A stretch of DNA of 64,000 nucleotides, taken from NCBI GenBank assembly GCA_963798085.1, contig CAWCRS010000007.1, forward strand, positions 128,001 to 192,000, given 5' to 3'. This document shows positions 38,075-48,588 of the stretch, piece after piece (the first letter of the stretch is position 1; every line of letters starts with the position of its first letter). The notes beneath the pieces are model-generated. The model saw only the letters and a program-made list of their open reading frames with translations, was not told where the DNA came from and ran no database searches. The translations under genes were made by a program, and so were the position numbers. This stretch comes from an uncultured Gemmatimonadales bacterium (GTDB lineage: Bacteria; Gemmatimonadota; Gemmatimonadetes; Longimicrobiales; RSA9).

Positions 38075-39358
38075 TTGAGCAACCGCATCCGCATCTTCCT
38101 GAGCCACAGTTCCGGCAACAACGCGCTGACGGCGGGGGTCGCTGCCATTCTCGGCAGGCAGCGCCAGGCGGACGGCATCACACCCGCGTACGACGTGCTC
38201 GTCGACAAGGAGCGCCTGGAAACAGGCCGGCCATGGCCGAAGCAGCTGCACGCGTGGCTGGCACAGTGTCATGCCGGGCTGGTGCTGCTCACCGAAGAGG
38301 CCGTGAAATCGGCATGGGTGCTCAAGGAGTCGACGATCCTGCAATGGCGGCTGGATCGCGACCCGGCGTTCCGGCTCTTCATCGTGCGTTTCGCGGAAGC
38401 CACGGATGCGCTGCTCGAGCAGTACCGCTTCGCGCCGCTGGAGCTGCGTCGCATCCACAGCATCAAGGTAACGGAAGCGGGCGCCGCAGGCCGGCCGGCG
38501 AGCTGGTCGGACATCGAGACGCGCATCACGAACGAACTGGGCAAACAGCTGGTTGGGGTCCGTACGTATGCGACACCCTTCGATCAGCTCGTCGATGACC
38601 TGGGCAAGTGGCTGGGCAATGCCAGCGACAGCGCGCTCCAGGAAGTGGCGGAGCGCGTACGCGCCGAGCCGCCCGCCTGGGACGCGCAGCGCGACGAGCG
38701 CGAGCAGTATCTGGAAGAGATCGCGCGCCGCATCCTGAGCGAGAACCTGGGTGGTTTTGCGGGCGTGCATGACCTGATCGGTGTGCTGGGCCGCTCTCTC
38801 GACAAGGGGCCGCTGCAGGATGTCCTCGACATTGTGGCGCCGCACTGGGTGGATGGCGTGGCCGCATCCCGCCTGCGTGTGATCAGCAATGCGCCCCGCC
38901 CCATCACGGCGGCGCTGAACGGCGAGGCGGTGCAGCAGTACACGGCCCGCATGTACGTGATGCGCGCGCATTTCATGGGTATCGACTTCGTGCTGCCGGA
39001 GGTGGCCGGGGGCGATGCCGGCGAAGGCCCCGAATACATCTCGAGCCAGATCTGCCGCTGGTTCCGCGACCGCAACATCCTGCTGGGCTCCGACACCGCG
39101 ATACGCAAGGCGCTGCAGACCTGGCCGGCGACCGTGTACGTGGTGCTGCCGGATCCCATCGATAACGCCGCATTACAGCAGCTCAAGTCGTGGTACGAGA
39201 AGGTGACGTTCATTTTTCCGACCGGCGAGACCATGCAGACAGACCCTTCGCTGGAGGATGTCGAGTGTCTGGAGCCGGCGGTGGATGTCACCGTCGAGAC
39301 GGAACAGCAGGGCAGCTTCAATGCAGCCGTCGCATTCATCGCCAACAAGAAACGGTGA
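38075..39358 (+). CDS. TIR-domain protein with an uncharacterised C-terminal (iSTAND/vMAP-like) region
   Basis: IFLSHSS...VLVDKERLETG.PW...GLVLLTEEAVKSAWVLKE (catalytic Glu retained); TTG start. Confidence 0.85.
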   Translation: MSNRIRIFLSHSSGNNALTAGVAAILGRQRQADGITPAYDVLVDKERLETGRPWPKQLHAWLAQCHAGLVLLTEEAVKSAWVLKESTILQWRLDRDPAFRLFIVRFAEATDALLEQYRFAPLELRRIHSIKVTEAGAAGRPASWSDIETRITNELGKQLVGVRTYATPFDQLVDDLGKWLGNASDSALQEVAERVRAEPPAWDAQRDEREQYLEEIARRILSENLGGFAGVHDLIGVLGRSLDKGPLQDVLDIVAPHWVDGVAASRLRVISNAPRPITAALNGEAVQQYTARMYVMRAHFMGIDFVLPEVAGGDAGEGPEYISSQICRWFRDRNILLGSDTAIRKALQTWPATVYVVLPDPIDNAALQQLKSWYEKVTFIFPTGETMQTDPSLEDVECLEPAVDVTVETEQQGSFNAAVAFIANKKR

Positions 39359-39393
39359 ACCGCAGGCCGCGCGCGCGGTCGACAGGAGACAGG

Positions 39394-40396
39394 ATGGAAT
39401 TCGAGCCCGTACACTTCAATCCGTTGCAGCGGCAGGGCGGCAGGCAGCTGGATGACGGGACCGTGGCTTTCCGCGCCAGCGACGAGCCCGGCGACATCTA
39501 CCTGTACGCGCCGCGCGTCATCCTGGCGCTGAATGTGGCCCTCGCCACAGGCCGGCCACTCCTCATCTATGGCGAGCCCGGATCAGGCAAGACGACGCTG
39601 GCCTGGAACGCATCCCGGGTGCTGGGCTGGCGCTACTACAAACGCATGATTACTTCGCGCACGCAGGCGTCCGATCTGCTCTGGACGTTCGATGCGCTCA
39701 GCCGCCTGAATGATGCCACCGCCGGCGAACTGCGGTCGCGGGAACAGTACGTCGAGCCCGGTACGCTCTGGTGGGCCTTTCACCCGGAGACTGCCGAGCA
39801 CCGCGGTACGCGCGCGCCGCTGGCGCCGGCCGACCGGGCGCAGAACCCCTGGCAGGGTGAGGCGTCGGAGCAGGCGGTGGTGCTGATCGACGAGATCGAC
39901 AAGGCCGACCCCAATGTCCCCAACGATCTGCTGGAAGCGTTCGACATCCGCGCCTTCACCGTGAGCGAGACGCGGGACCGGGTGAGCGCGCCCCGCGATC
40001 GCTCCGTGCTGATGATCCTGACCAGCAATAGCGAGCGCGAGCTGCCGCCCGCGTTCCTGCGCCGCTGCGTGGCGCTGACCCTGTCGATTCCGGAGGATAC
40101 GGAAAAGGAGAAACTGCAGGAGAACTGGTTCGTGCAGATCGCCAACCAGCGCCGTGGCGACGCCGATCAGGCGCTGCACCGTGATGTGGCACGCGAGAAT
40201 GGTCCGCCTGCGCACGGCCGCCCGCAGCCTGGGCAGTCGCCCGCCGGGCACGGGCGAGTACCTCGATGCGCTGGCCGCGTGCAGCGGCCTGGGTGTGGGC
40301 ACGGACACGGAAGCCTGGCAGGAGATCCTGACCAGCGTGCTGTGGAAGAAGGAATCGGCACCGGCGCTGCGGCCGGAAACACCGGGCCAGGCGTAG
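39394..40396 (+). CDS. MoxR-family AAA+ ATPase (indel near 40197)
   Basis: Walker A GEPGSGKT, Walker B VLIDEIDKA, TSNSERELPPAFLRRC; C-terminal PPGTGEYLDAL in the shifted frame. Confidence 0.9.
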
Positions 40397-40399
40397 CGC

Positions 40400-41413
40400 G
40401 TGTCGGGCGACGAGGCGCGCACGCAGCGCCGGGCCATCTCGCTGGGCGACGCGATCCGTGCTAATGCGTCGTTAAGGCCGCGCGACAGGGAAGCGCACGC
40501 CGCCATCACGGAGATGCTCGGGCTGGAACAGGAAGCGCTCGAGCCGGTGCAGCCGAGTGAAGGCGTCTGGAAGGCGTCCAGCGCACAGCAGCCGGGCATG
40601 ATCTCACCGGCACCTCTGCCGGCGCAGCCGGCCGCGCCCGTGTCGCGTCCCCTGCCGGCGGACAGCCCGCCCGCCGCGGTGCCCTTCACACTGCGCAAGA
40701 TCGATCGCCCGACATCACCCATGAGTGCCCCCGCATGGCTGAGCGTTCCCGGACCCACGCTGGCGCCGGCCTCGGCGTCGGACGCTTCGCCTGAGCCGCC
40801 GCCGCTCTTCGGGCCGCCCCGCGGGCGCGCCATTCTCTCCACCGCTGTCGCCACGACCGTGGACGAAGGCGAAGTCGACATCCAGCCGATCCTCGACTGG
40901 ATAACACGCGGTCAGCCGGTGCGCGCACTGCCTCGCCGGCCCAGCCTCACGCTGCGCCGCGGCGTACAGCTGCTGCTCAATGTGGGCGCCGGCATGACGC
41001 CGTACCAGCGCGATCGCGAACAGCTGCGGCGAGGGCTCGATGACATCCTGGCCGACGATCAGCTCACGCAATACGAATTCGTCGGCTGTCCGACGCGCGG
41101 CATGGGCAGGGGCGTGCGCGCCGGCTGGAAGCCATGGCAGCCGCCGGCGCCCGGAACACCCGTCGTCGCCGTAACGGATCTCGGACTGGGCGGACCGCCC
41201 CTCGATCGCGACCGCGCGGATGCCGAGGAGTGGCTCGAATTCGCTCGCCTCGTGCACGGCCGCGGCCACATGCTGATGTGCCTCGTGCCCTACGAAGCAC
41301 GGCGCTGGCCGCCCGTGCTGGCGCGCAGCATAACCCTGATCCACTGGAGCGAACGCACGACCGTCGGCTCCGTACGGCGAGCGCTGCGCGAGGCGAGGTC
41401 ACGACTGCGATGA
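40400..41413 (+). CDS. vWA-like MoxR partner with Pro-rich linker and degenerate MIDAS
   Basis: VDIQPIL...LPRRPSLTLRRGVQLLLNVGAGM.P...F.GCP...VVAVTDLG...W..F...LVPY...RWP; lies directly after MoxR. Confidence 0.75.
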   Translation: MSGDEARTQRRAISLGDAIRANASLRPRDREAHAAITEMLGLEQEALEPVQPSEGVWKASSAQQPGMISPAPLPAQPAAPVSRPLPADSPPAAVPFTLRKIDRPTSPMSAPAWLSVPGPTLAPASASDASPEPPPLFGPPRGRAILSTAVATTVDEGEVDIQPILDWITRGQPVRALPRRPSLTLRRGVQLLLNVGAGMTPYQRDREQLRRGLDDILADDQLTQYEFVGCPTRGMGRGVRAGWKPWQPPAPGTPVVAVTDLGLGGPPLDRDRADAEEWLEFARLVHGRGHMLMCLVPYEARRWPPVLARSITLIHWSERTTVGSVRRALREARSRLR

Positions 41414-44400
41414 CGGCACAGGAGCGCGCCGCCAGCCGGTTCCGTGCGTTCAGCGTGCAGCGGCCGCAGGCTGCGCAGCTGGCGCGCCTGCTCTCGCTCG
41501 CCGTGCGTGCCGAATCGCATTCTCATACGACGACTCCGCCTCGAGCTGCCGCCGCACGCAGACGTCAGCGCCGAAGCTGATCTCTGGTTCAGTCCTCTTG
41601 TCGAGTCGCGCGGACCGGACCTCATCGTGCTGGAGCGCAACGTGGCCGCAATGCTGCGTGAGACGCTGGCCGGCGACGGGCTGCTCGAGCCGGTCATGCG
41701 CATCACGCGCGAAGCGCATCAACACGCGCCCGAGGCGATTCGACTGGAAGAGAAGGTCAACGGACTGGCGCTGTTGAACCGCGCCGCCGCACTGGACGAA
41801 ATCGACGAAGCGCTGCGCGCAGCGATCCGCGCCATGCGCGTGGACAATGAGCGCGGCCGCGAGATCGCCCGCTGGATCACGCGCGCCGGGCCTCGCCTGC
41901 ACCCCATCGTGCAGCAGTGCCCGAGCTGCATGACCCTGCTGCTGGGCGCCTCCGTGCTGCTGGGCCGGCGCACGGTCGAGCCAATGCCGCAGAGCAGCGT
42001 GCCGCTGCGCGATCTGGGCTGGATCCTGCCCGCTGCCGCGCTCGAGGCGCGTACCGAACTCGCGGTTTCCCGCGTGACGGGCGGCCTGCTCTTCTCAGCG
42101 CCCATCAGCGGTGCGATCACGATTGGTCTGCCGCAGACCAATCCGCTGCTCCTCGAGGTTGCGTGGGAATCCGCTGGTTCATCACTGCGCACCCTGCTCG
42201 AGCCCACGCCCGGTCACATGCTGCCGCTCCCCGCCGATGCGCTCGAATGTGCGCATCACGACGCTGGCAGGCGACGAGTACTCGCTGGCACTGACGGCGC
42301 CGATCGCTGCCGCGTCGCAGACGCAGACCCCGGCGCCGGAACCGGCCGCGGAGGCCGGAGAACGCAGGACCGCGTGGGTCGATGCCGGCGAGTACGCGGA
42401 AATCGCCGCCGCGTGCGTCCGCATTCACTCGTACGATGCGGACGGCTCCTGGGCTACGGGTTTCGTGCTGGCGTCGGGCGTGCTGGTCACGTCGCGCCCG
42501 CCGTTCCGCGACGCCCGCGAGCTGCGCGTCGAGTCGCGCGCACCGGAGCAGAAGGCCGACGTGCTCAATGGGACGACCGAAGAACCTGTGCTGGTCCTGA
42601 GGGCCGCCAACGCTAACGACCTGTCAGAAAGCGCGGTCCGCGTTGACAATCCGCCGTTCCGGGTGGCTGGTGGTACGCGACTCGGCGTCTCGGGTGTGTC
42701 GCAACAGGCGGGATCCCTGCGGCCGGAGGACATCGAGGCTGTGATCATGGGTTTCGACGGCGACCAGCTGCGGGCCATGCGCGGCCTGGCCACCATCGAA
42801 ACGCCGGACTCTCGCCGCTTCGAGGTGCGCATCGAATCGGACGAGGCGGTGCCTTCGTCGTTCGTGGGCGGGCCCGTGATCATGGAGGGCCGCGTGTGCG
42901 GCATCGTCCTCAGCGCCCAGGGCGCACCCGTGCCGGAAAGCGGGCAGGCCTCGACCCGCGCGTGGATCATCACGGCGGCCAGCGGCACGGTCATCGACGA
43001 GACGGTACGTGCGGCTGCGTCGTCGCCTGCGGCCGCCGGGGAAGGAGCCGAAACGGCGTCCGGGACCGGCGCGGGTGCCCGGGAGCAGGCGCAGCCACAG
43101 ACGGCAGGCGCCGCACCAGCCGATAATGAGGTGTTACCACCGGAACTCCGGCAGCTGCCCGACTGGGTGGCGGGCGCCTGCGTGGAGCTGCACGGGCTGG
43201 GCGACAACATTACGCCCGTGGCGGGCTTCTTCGTGGACGAGCGCCACGTGGTCACCGCCGCGCAGGCGATCCGCGGGATCCCCATCCTCAATGTGCGACA
43301 GGGTTCGCGGGCGCAGCAGGCGAGGGTGCTGGCGGCGACGGCAGACAGCGCGCTCCGCCTGCTGGAGCTGATCGACGATGCATCAGGACGCGCACAGCCC
43401 TTCGACACACACACCGGCTACGTCAGCGTGGCCCGACTCGCGACCAGCCTCACGGAGCAGCGCGGTAACACCCTGCTCGTCCCCTCCGATGCCACCATCG
43501 TGGCGCGCACCACCGATGGGTTCCAGGTACTGCACGGCAGGGTGCGCACTACGGACTCGCGGCCTTCAGCCTTCGAGGTGCGGGCGGAGGAACACTGGCT
43601 GCCCGCCAGCTGGCTGGGGGCGCTGGTCCTCATCCGGGGCGAGACGGCGGGCGTCGTAACCGGCATTGATAATCCGGTGTTGGGCGACGCCCAGCTGCAG
43701 GTCACCGGATTTCCCGTGATCCGGCAGGCCCTCGAGCGGGTCGATCGGGTGGCCCGGCAGCAGACCGGCGACACTGCGGAGGTGCAACAGCGCGTAGCCG
43801 AGCGGGCATGGTCGAGCGGTGCGCACGGGTATCGCTTTGCGCGCGTGCTGGTGGTGGGTGATGCCGGCAGCGGTCGAGGCACGCTCATGCGTGCCCTCGC
43901 AGCCAGTCGCGAGCCGGTCGCCAGCGACCTGCGGCGCACGATCTGGTGGGAGGAGGAGCCCCGCGTCGCCCCCGAGCTGCACGCGGGTGTCGTGCTCTAC
44001 AAGGCGCTCACTGATGACTGGTGGCCCATCGCGTTCGACCTTGAGCAGAGTGCGCTGATCATGGTGCTGGCCAATGTACACGGTGCGTCCGGACGTGCGC
44101 AGAGCTGGGCCGGTCGACTGCGCGCGGCCGCGCCGGTGCACTGCCCGATCCTTTTCGTGGGCAGTCGTGCGGACACGCTCGACGATGATGCGAAGAGCAT
44201 GTCGATCGAGCTGGAAGGCCTGGCCCGCTCCGACACCGCGACGTGGCCCGAGCCGCCTCGCCTCGAGCCCACTTCCACGATCGTCAGTGCGGAGCGCGCC
44301 ATCAACATTGATCGCCTGCGTACGATGATCCTGCGCAACATCGACTGGGCGCGACAGGTGGAGGTACAGTCGGAGGCGTTTGCACGCGCCCGCAACCAGA

Positions 44401-45122
44401 CCGGCGACATCATCCGGCGTGCGGGCGGCGCGGCCGCCAAGGAGTCGCGGCCCGGCTCCGCCAGCGGGCAGCAGAGCATCCTGCGTGGCAGCCCGCTGCG
44501 ATTCGGCTGGTACGACCAGCTGGCGCCGCTGCTCGGCGAACGCCGCCTGCGCGACGGTACGCTCGTGATCGATGATCCCGCGCGTTTCGAAGACGAAGTC
44601 CTCGCGATCATGCAGGCCGTTCGCGACAACACGCTCGGTGCTCCCGCGGCGCGACTCGCAGAGCTGGAGCGTACCGCGACCTGGGCCGTCGACATTGCCG
44701 GCGAACTGCAACGCATTGGCGAAGGGCGCCTCATCGATACCGATGCAGGTCGCGTCATTGTGGTGCCGCGCTGGCTCAAGGGCGGCACGTTACCGCGTGA
44801 CCTGGCGGAACCGGCGCCGCTGCTGATGTCGCGCCGCCTGCAGGGAGCTACGCGCGATGTGTGTTCGCTGCTGGCAGCCCGGTTCGCATATACGTCGGCA
44901 GTGAAGCTTGTCGGTGTGGGTTGCGACACGGAGGGGCGAGGCCGGCTGAACGCCAGCATCGGCGGCGCCACGCTGCAGCTCGATCTGCGCCAGGACGAGC
45001 GATGGAGCGATCTCGAGGTGCGCGCGGCCCGCGAGAGTCTACCGGAGAAACGGCTCGAAGCGCCGCTGGCACAGCTGGACCGCTGGTTGAACGAACTGCA
45101 CCTGACCATACCGGTCGCCTGA
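41410..45122 (+). CDS. Large multidomain protein: vWA-associated N-terminus, two trypsin-like domains and a Roc-COR-like GTPase region (indels near 41515 and 42245)
   Basis: LARLLSLAVR...AEADLWFSPLV; CVRI...TGFVL...LVT/GGPVI.EGRVCGIV; CVEL...GFFVD..HVVTAA; RVLVVGDAGSGRGTL...LFVGSRAD...VSAE...IDW; ATGA overlap with the vWA gene. Confidence 0.7.
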
Positions 45123-45171
45123 CCGCAGCATGCGTTCCGGATGCCCGCGACGGCATTGTCGCCATGCCGCG

Positions 45172-45894
45172 CTACAGCGGATGAAGCTGCAGCACGCCGT
45201 GGTGCGCGACCGGCGACGCGTCCGCTCCGGCGCCGGCATTTGTCGCACCTGCCGGTTGCGCCAGCAGGTCGGTCACGTCTTCATCCGTGAGCTGCGGGAA
45301 CGACTCGTAGAACTGGCCCACGCCGGGGAACCAGTCCGGCCGCAGCAGGCAGACGACTTCGGCGCCATCGCGGGTCAGCGCATCGCACACGCCGGGCGGG
45401 GCCACGGGGACGCATACCACCACGTGCGCCGCACCCTGCCGGCGCACCGCCGCCACCGCCGCACGCATTGTGGAGCCGGTCGCGATGCCGTCGTCCACAA
45501 TGACGGCCGTACTGCCATTGAGCGACAGCGGCGGCCGCCCTCCGCGGTAGAGTCGCTCGCGACGCTCCATCTCGCGCTGCTCGACGGCGGTCACCCGATC
45601 GAACTTCTCGGCCGGGATGTACAACTCGCTGATGACCTGCCAGTTCAGCATGCGGATGCCGCCACTGGCGATGGCGCCCATGGCCAGTTCCGGCTGTTCC
45701 GGTACGCCCAGCTTGCACACGATCAGGGTGTCGAGCGGGCGCGCCAGCGCACGCGCCACTTCACGACCGATGGGAACACCGCCGCGCGGAAGCGCAAGTA
45801 CCACCAGGTTGGTGCGGTCGCGCAAATGCTCCACGCGCCGCGCCAACTCGCCGCCGGCCTCGGCCCGATCGCGGAAGAGAGGCAAACGCCTCAT
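45172..45894 (-). CDS. Phosphoribosyltransferase-family protein
   Basis: FRDRAEAG, LALPRGGVP, PELAMGAI, PRPP motif VIVDDGIATGST, VGQFYESF.Q. Confidence 0.92.
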   Translation of the reverse strand: MRRLPLFRDRAEAGGELARRVEHLRDRTNLVVLALPRGGVPIGREVARALARPLDTLIVCKLGVPEQPELAMGAIASGGIRMLNWQVISELYIPAEKFDRVTAVEQREMERRERLYRGGRPPLSLNGSTAVIVDDGIATGSTMRAAVAAVRRQGAAHVVVCVPVAPPGVCDALTRDGAEVVCLLRPDWFPGVGQFYESFPQLTDEDVTDLLAQPAGATNAGAGADASPVAHHGVLQLHPL

Positions 45895-46062
45895 CGGGAT
45901 CCTTCCCATCCCTGAAACCGACAGGGCACAACCACCTGACGCCGCCACACGCCCGCAACGCACTGCGCCCGCAGGACAAGGGCAGCGTGGTTTGCTGGGC
46001 GAAGCAGTAAGGGCGGGCGTGCCAGTCAGGACTTCAGAACACGTGCGAAAGCGAGCCGTCGC

Positions 46063-46491
46063 TCAGGCGACGCAGAGCTGCTCGTCTTCCTGTGGCGTTA
46101 CCTGGATGAACCGCGCCCAGTCCGCATCCAGCACGACTGTCCGGCCACCGGGCGTTTCCAGCAGCACGATCGCCCGCGAATTCTGACGGCAGTGCATGGT
46201 CGATCCTTCTTCGAGACCTATGCCGTAACACAGGTCCTTTAGTGAGCCGAAGAGGATCCGCTCGATGCGGATGGTCTCGTCAGGGTGGACCTCGGCGAGA
46301 CTGCGAAGGGACGATGCTGCCTGCGCGCCGAACATGGCTGCTCCGACGTTGGACATGAACCGGGGAAGTCCGCGGAAGGCGTTGCCAGCGCCCCGCCGGT
46401 CCCGAACAATGACTCCGGCGCCAGTGTCGGACAGTAGGGATTCCTCCCCATCGACCGCCGGGAATTCACCGCCAAACAGGATGTTTTTCAC
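46063..46491 (-). CDS. Small protein with a C-terminal FeoA-like (SH3-like) domain
   Basis: SLAEVHPDETIRIERI...LCYGIGLEEGSTM...VVLDADWARFIQV resembles the FeoA pattern. Confidence 0.5.
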   Translation of the reverse strand: MKNILFGGEFPAVDGEESLLSDTGAGVIVRDRRGAGNAFRGLPRFMSNVGAAMFGAQAASSLRSLAEVHPDETIRIERILFGSLKDLCYGIGLEEGSTMHCRQNSRAIVLLETPGGRTVVLDADWARFIQVTPQEDEQLCVA

Positions 46492-46614
46492 CTACGTTCC
46501 CGGGTTTCCTGCAAAACGCGCTGTTTGGCGGTCGTTTTCGGCGCAAGCGATGCGATGACCTGCCCGGTCCCCGGCCCGCAGGCGCAGGTTCGCCGGATGC
46601 GGCCGGCGGCTGCT

Positions 46615-48588
46615 TCAGGGCCGCCGCTGAACCAGCAGCACGGCCCGCGCGCTGGCCGCGGGATCGTCACGGGTGAAGGCCGCGACCTGCAGGCGCTTGT
46701 CCAGCAGAGCCTCGCGATCGCTCGCGGCCAGTATGAGGGAGCCGGTGGCGTGCAGCTCGCCGCCGTGCGAGAGGCGGGCGATCACGGGTCCCACCGTCTC
46801 GCCCGGGGCCACGCGGAACAGGGCCACGGCCCGCACGCGGTCGGCCTCGAGGCCGGTGATGGTGAAGTCCCATGCCAGTCGGGCGTGCAGCGGGTCGAAC
46901 GTGAATTTCGCCTCCAGCGCAGCCGGCGGCTGTCCTGGCAGCGTGTTAGTGCCGGTGCGCGCGCTCAGCGTGATGGGCGGCGGAGCATGCCCGTCGACGA
47001 GCGCCGGCGTGGTCGCGGGCGGCCGGCGATGGTGCGTCGCCTGTTCGAAGGCATAGGCCAGGGCCACCAGGTGCGCGTCACTGAAGGGCCGGCCCAGCAG
47101 CTCAATGCCCACGGGCAGGCCGTTGCCGTTGAAGCCGGCCGGCGCAGTCAGGGCGGGGAACCCGGTCTGCGCGCTGAGTGCGCACGTGCTTCCGTTCTGC
47201 GGCTCATTGAGCAGCGCCGGCTCGCGGCGCATTGTCGGGTACACCAGGGCGTCCAGCTGCTGTGCATCCAGCGCTGCCATCACGGTCCGCTGCAGCGCGG
47301 CGCGCTGCGCGAGAGCCGCGCGATAGGCATCGGTTTCGCGCGCCGCCGCGGCGTTGCGCCGGCGCAGCCGTTCCTCCAGCGACGCGTGGTACAGGCCGGC
47401 GCGCAGGATGTCATCGAGCGAGTGCACGAATGCGGCCGGCGAGTGCGCCAGGTAATCGGCCAGGTCGAACTTGAACTCGTGGTCGATCACGCCCGAGCCC
47501 TGCAGCAGGGAATCGAGGCCGGCAATCTGCACGCTCACGACCTCCGCGCCCTGCTTCTGCATCTCATCGATCGCGGCGCGCACGACGCGCTGCATGGGCT
47601 GATCGTCCGGAGTATCGCCGAACAGCGGTTCGAGCACACCCAGGCGTGCGCCGCGCAAGGCATCGGCACGCAGCGAATCGGCGAAGTGCGGCATTGTCCG
47701 CTGCTGCACCGCCCGCGTGGCGCTGTCCTGCGCATCATAGCCCACCGTCACGTCCAGACCGATGGCCAGGTCCGTCACCGTGCGCGCCAGCGGTCCGGCG
47801 ACATCCTGCGTGTGCGAGAGCGGCACCACGCCCGCCACGCTGGACAGGCCCTTCGTCGGACGCAGTCCGAACAGGCTGTTCTGGGAAGCGGGGATGCGGA
47901 TCGAGCCGCAGGTGTCCGTGCCGTACCCCAGCGCCGCGAAGCTGGCCGCCACCGCGGCCGCCGTGCCACCGCTGGAACCGCCGGGATTGCGCGCGGGGTC
48001 GTACGGGTTGCGTGTCTGACCCCCCAGCGAACTGATGGTCGTGATGCCGGAAGCCAGCTCGTGCAGATTCGTCTTGCCCAGGATGATGGCGCCGGCTTCC
48101 TTCAGCCGCCGCACCTGGAACGCGTCGGCGATGGCGATGTTGCCGGCCAGTGCGACCGAGCCCGCGGTGGTAGGCGCGCCCTGCAGGTCGAAGTTGTCCT
48201 TGATGACGACGGGTACGCCGTGCAGCGGCCCGTGCAGCCGGCCCGCCGTGCGCTCCCGGTCCAGGTACGCGGCTTCCGTGCGCGCGCCCGGGTTGATCCA
48301 GAGCAGGGCATTGAGTGCAGGCCCCGCCGTGTCGTACGCCGCCATGCGTGCCAGGTAGGCGTCGACGAGCTGCGCCGAAGTGACGCGCCCGTTCGCCAGT
48401 GCCTCGAGAATGGCGGGAATGCCGGCCTCGGTCACCTCGAATGCTGTTGCGGCGCTGCGGGCTGCGGCCGGTTGCGTCTGAGCCCGCACACCAGCCGGCG
48501 CCAGCCCCAAACTCAGTGTTATCAATCTGGCCAGCATCCCCGCCAGCGCGGGCCGCGGGGTGCGGCAGGAAGCAGCGTCGTGGATCAT
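46615..48588 (-). CDS. Secreted amidase-signature protein with a C-terminal CHRD-like extension
   Basis: GPLHGVPVVIKDN, GKTNLHE, PGGSSGG, GTDTCGSIRIP (Ser-cisSer-Lys); ~100-aa extra C-terminal domain. Confidence 0.9.
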   Translation of the reverse strand: MIHDAASCRTPRPALAGMLARLITLSLGLAPAGVRAQTQPAAARSAATAFEVTEAGIPAILEALANGRVTSAQLVDAYLARMAAYDTAGPALNALLWINPGARTEAAYLDRERTAGRLHGPLHGVPVVIKDNFDLQGAPTTAGSVALAGNIAIADAFQVRRLKEAGAIILGKTNLHELASGITTISSLGGQTRNPYDPARNPGGSSGGTAAAVAASFAALGYGTDTCGSIRIPASQNSLFGLRPTKGLSSVAGVVPLSHTQDVAGPLARTVTDLAIGLDVTVGYDAQDSATRAVQQRTMPHFADSLRADALRGARLGVLEPLFGDTPDDQPMQRVVRAAIDEMQKQGAEVVSVQIAGLDSLLQGSGVIDHEFKFDLADYLAHSPAAFVHSLDDILRAGLYHASLEERLRRRNAAAARETDAYRAALAQRAALQRTVMAALDAQQLDALVYPTMRREPALLNEPQNGSTCALSAQTGFPALTAPAGFNGNGLPVGIELLGRPFSDAHLVALAYAFEQATHHRRPPATTPALVDGHAPPPITLSARTGTNTLPGQPPAALEAKFTFDPLHARLAWDFTITGLEADRVRAVALFRVAPGETVGPVIARLSHGGELHATGSLILAASDREALLDKRLQVAAFTRDDPAASARAVLLVQRRP

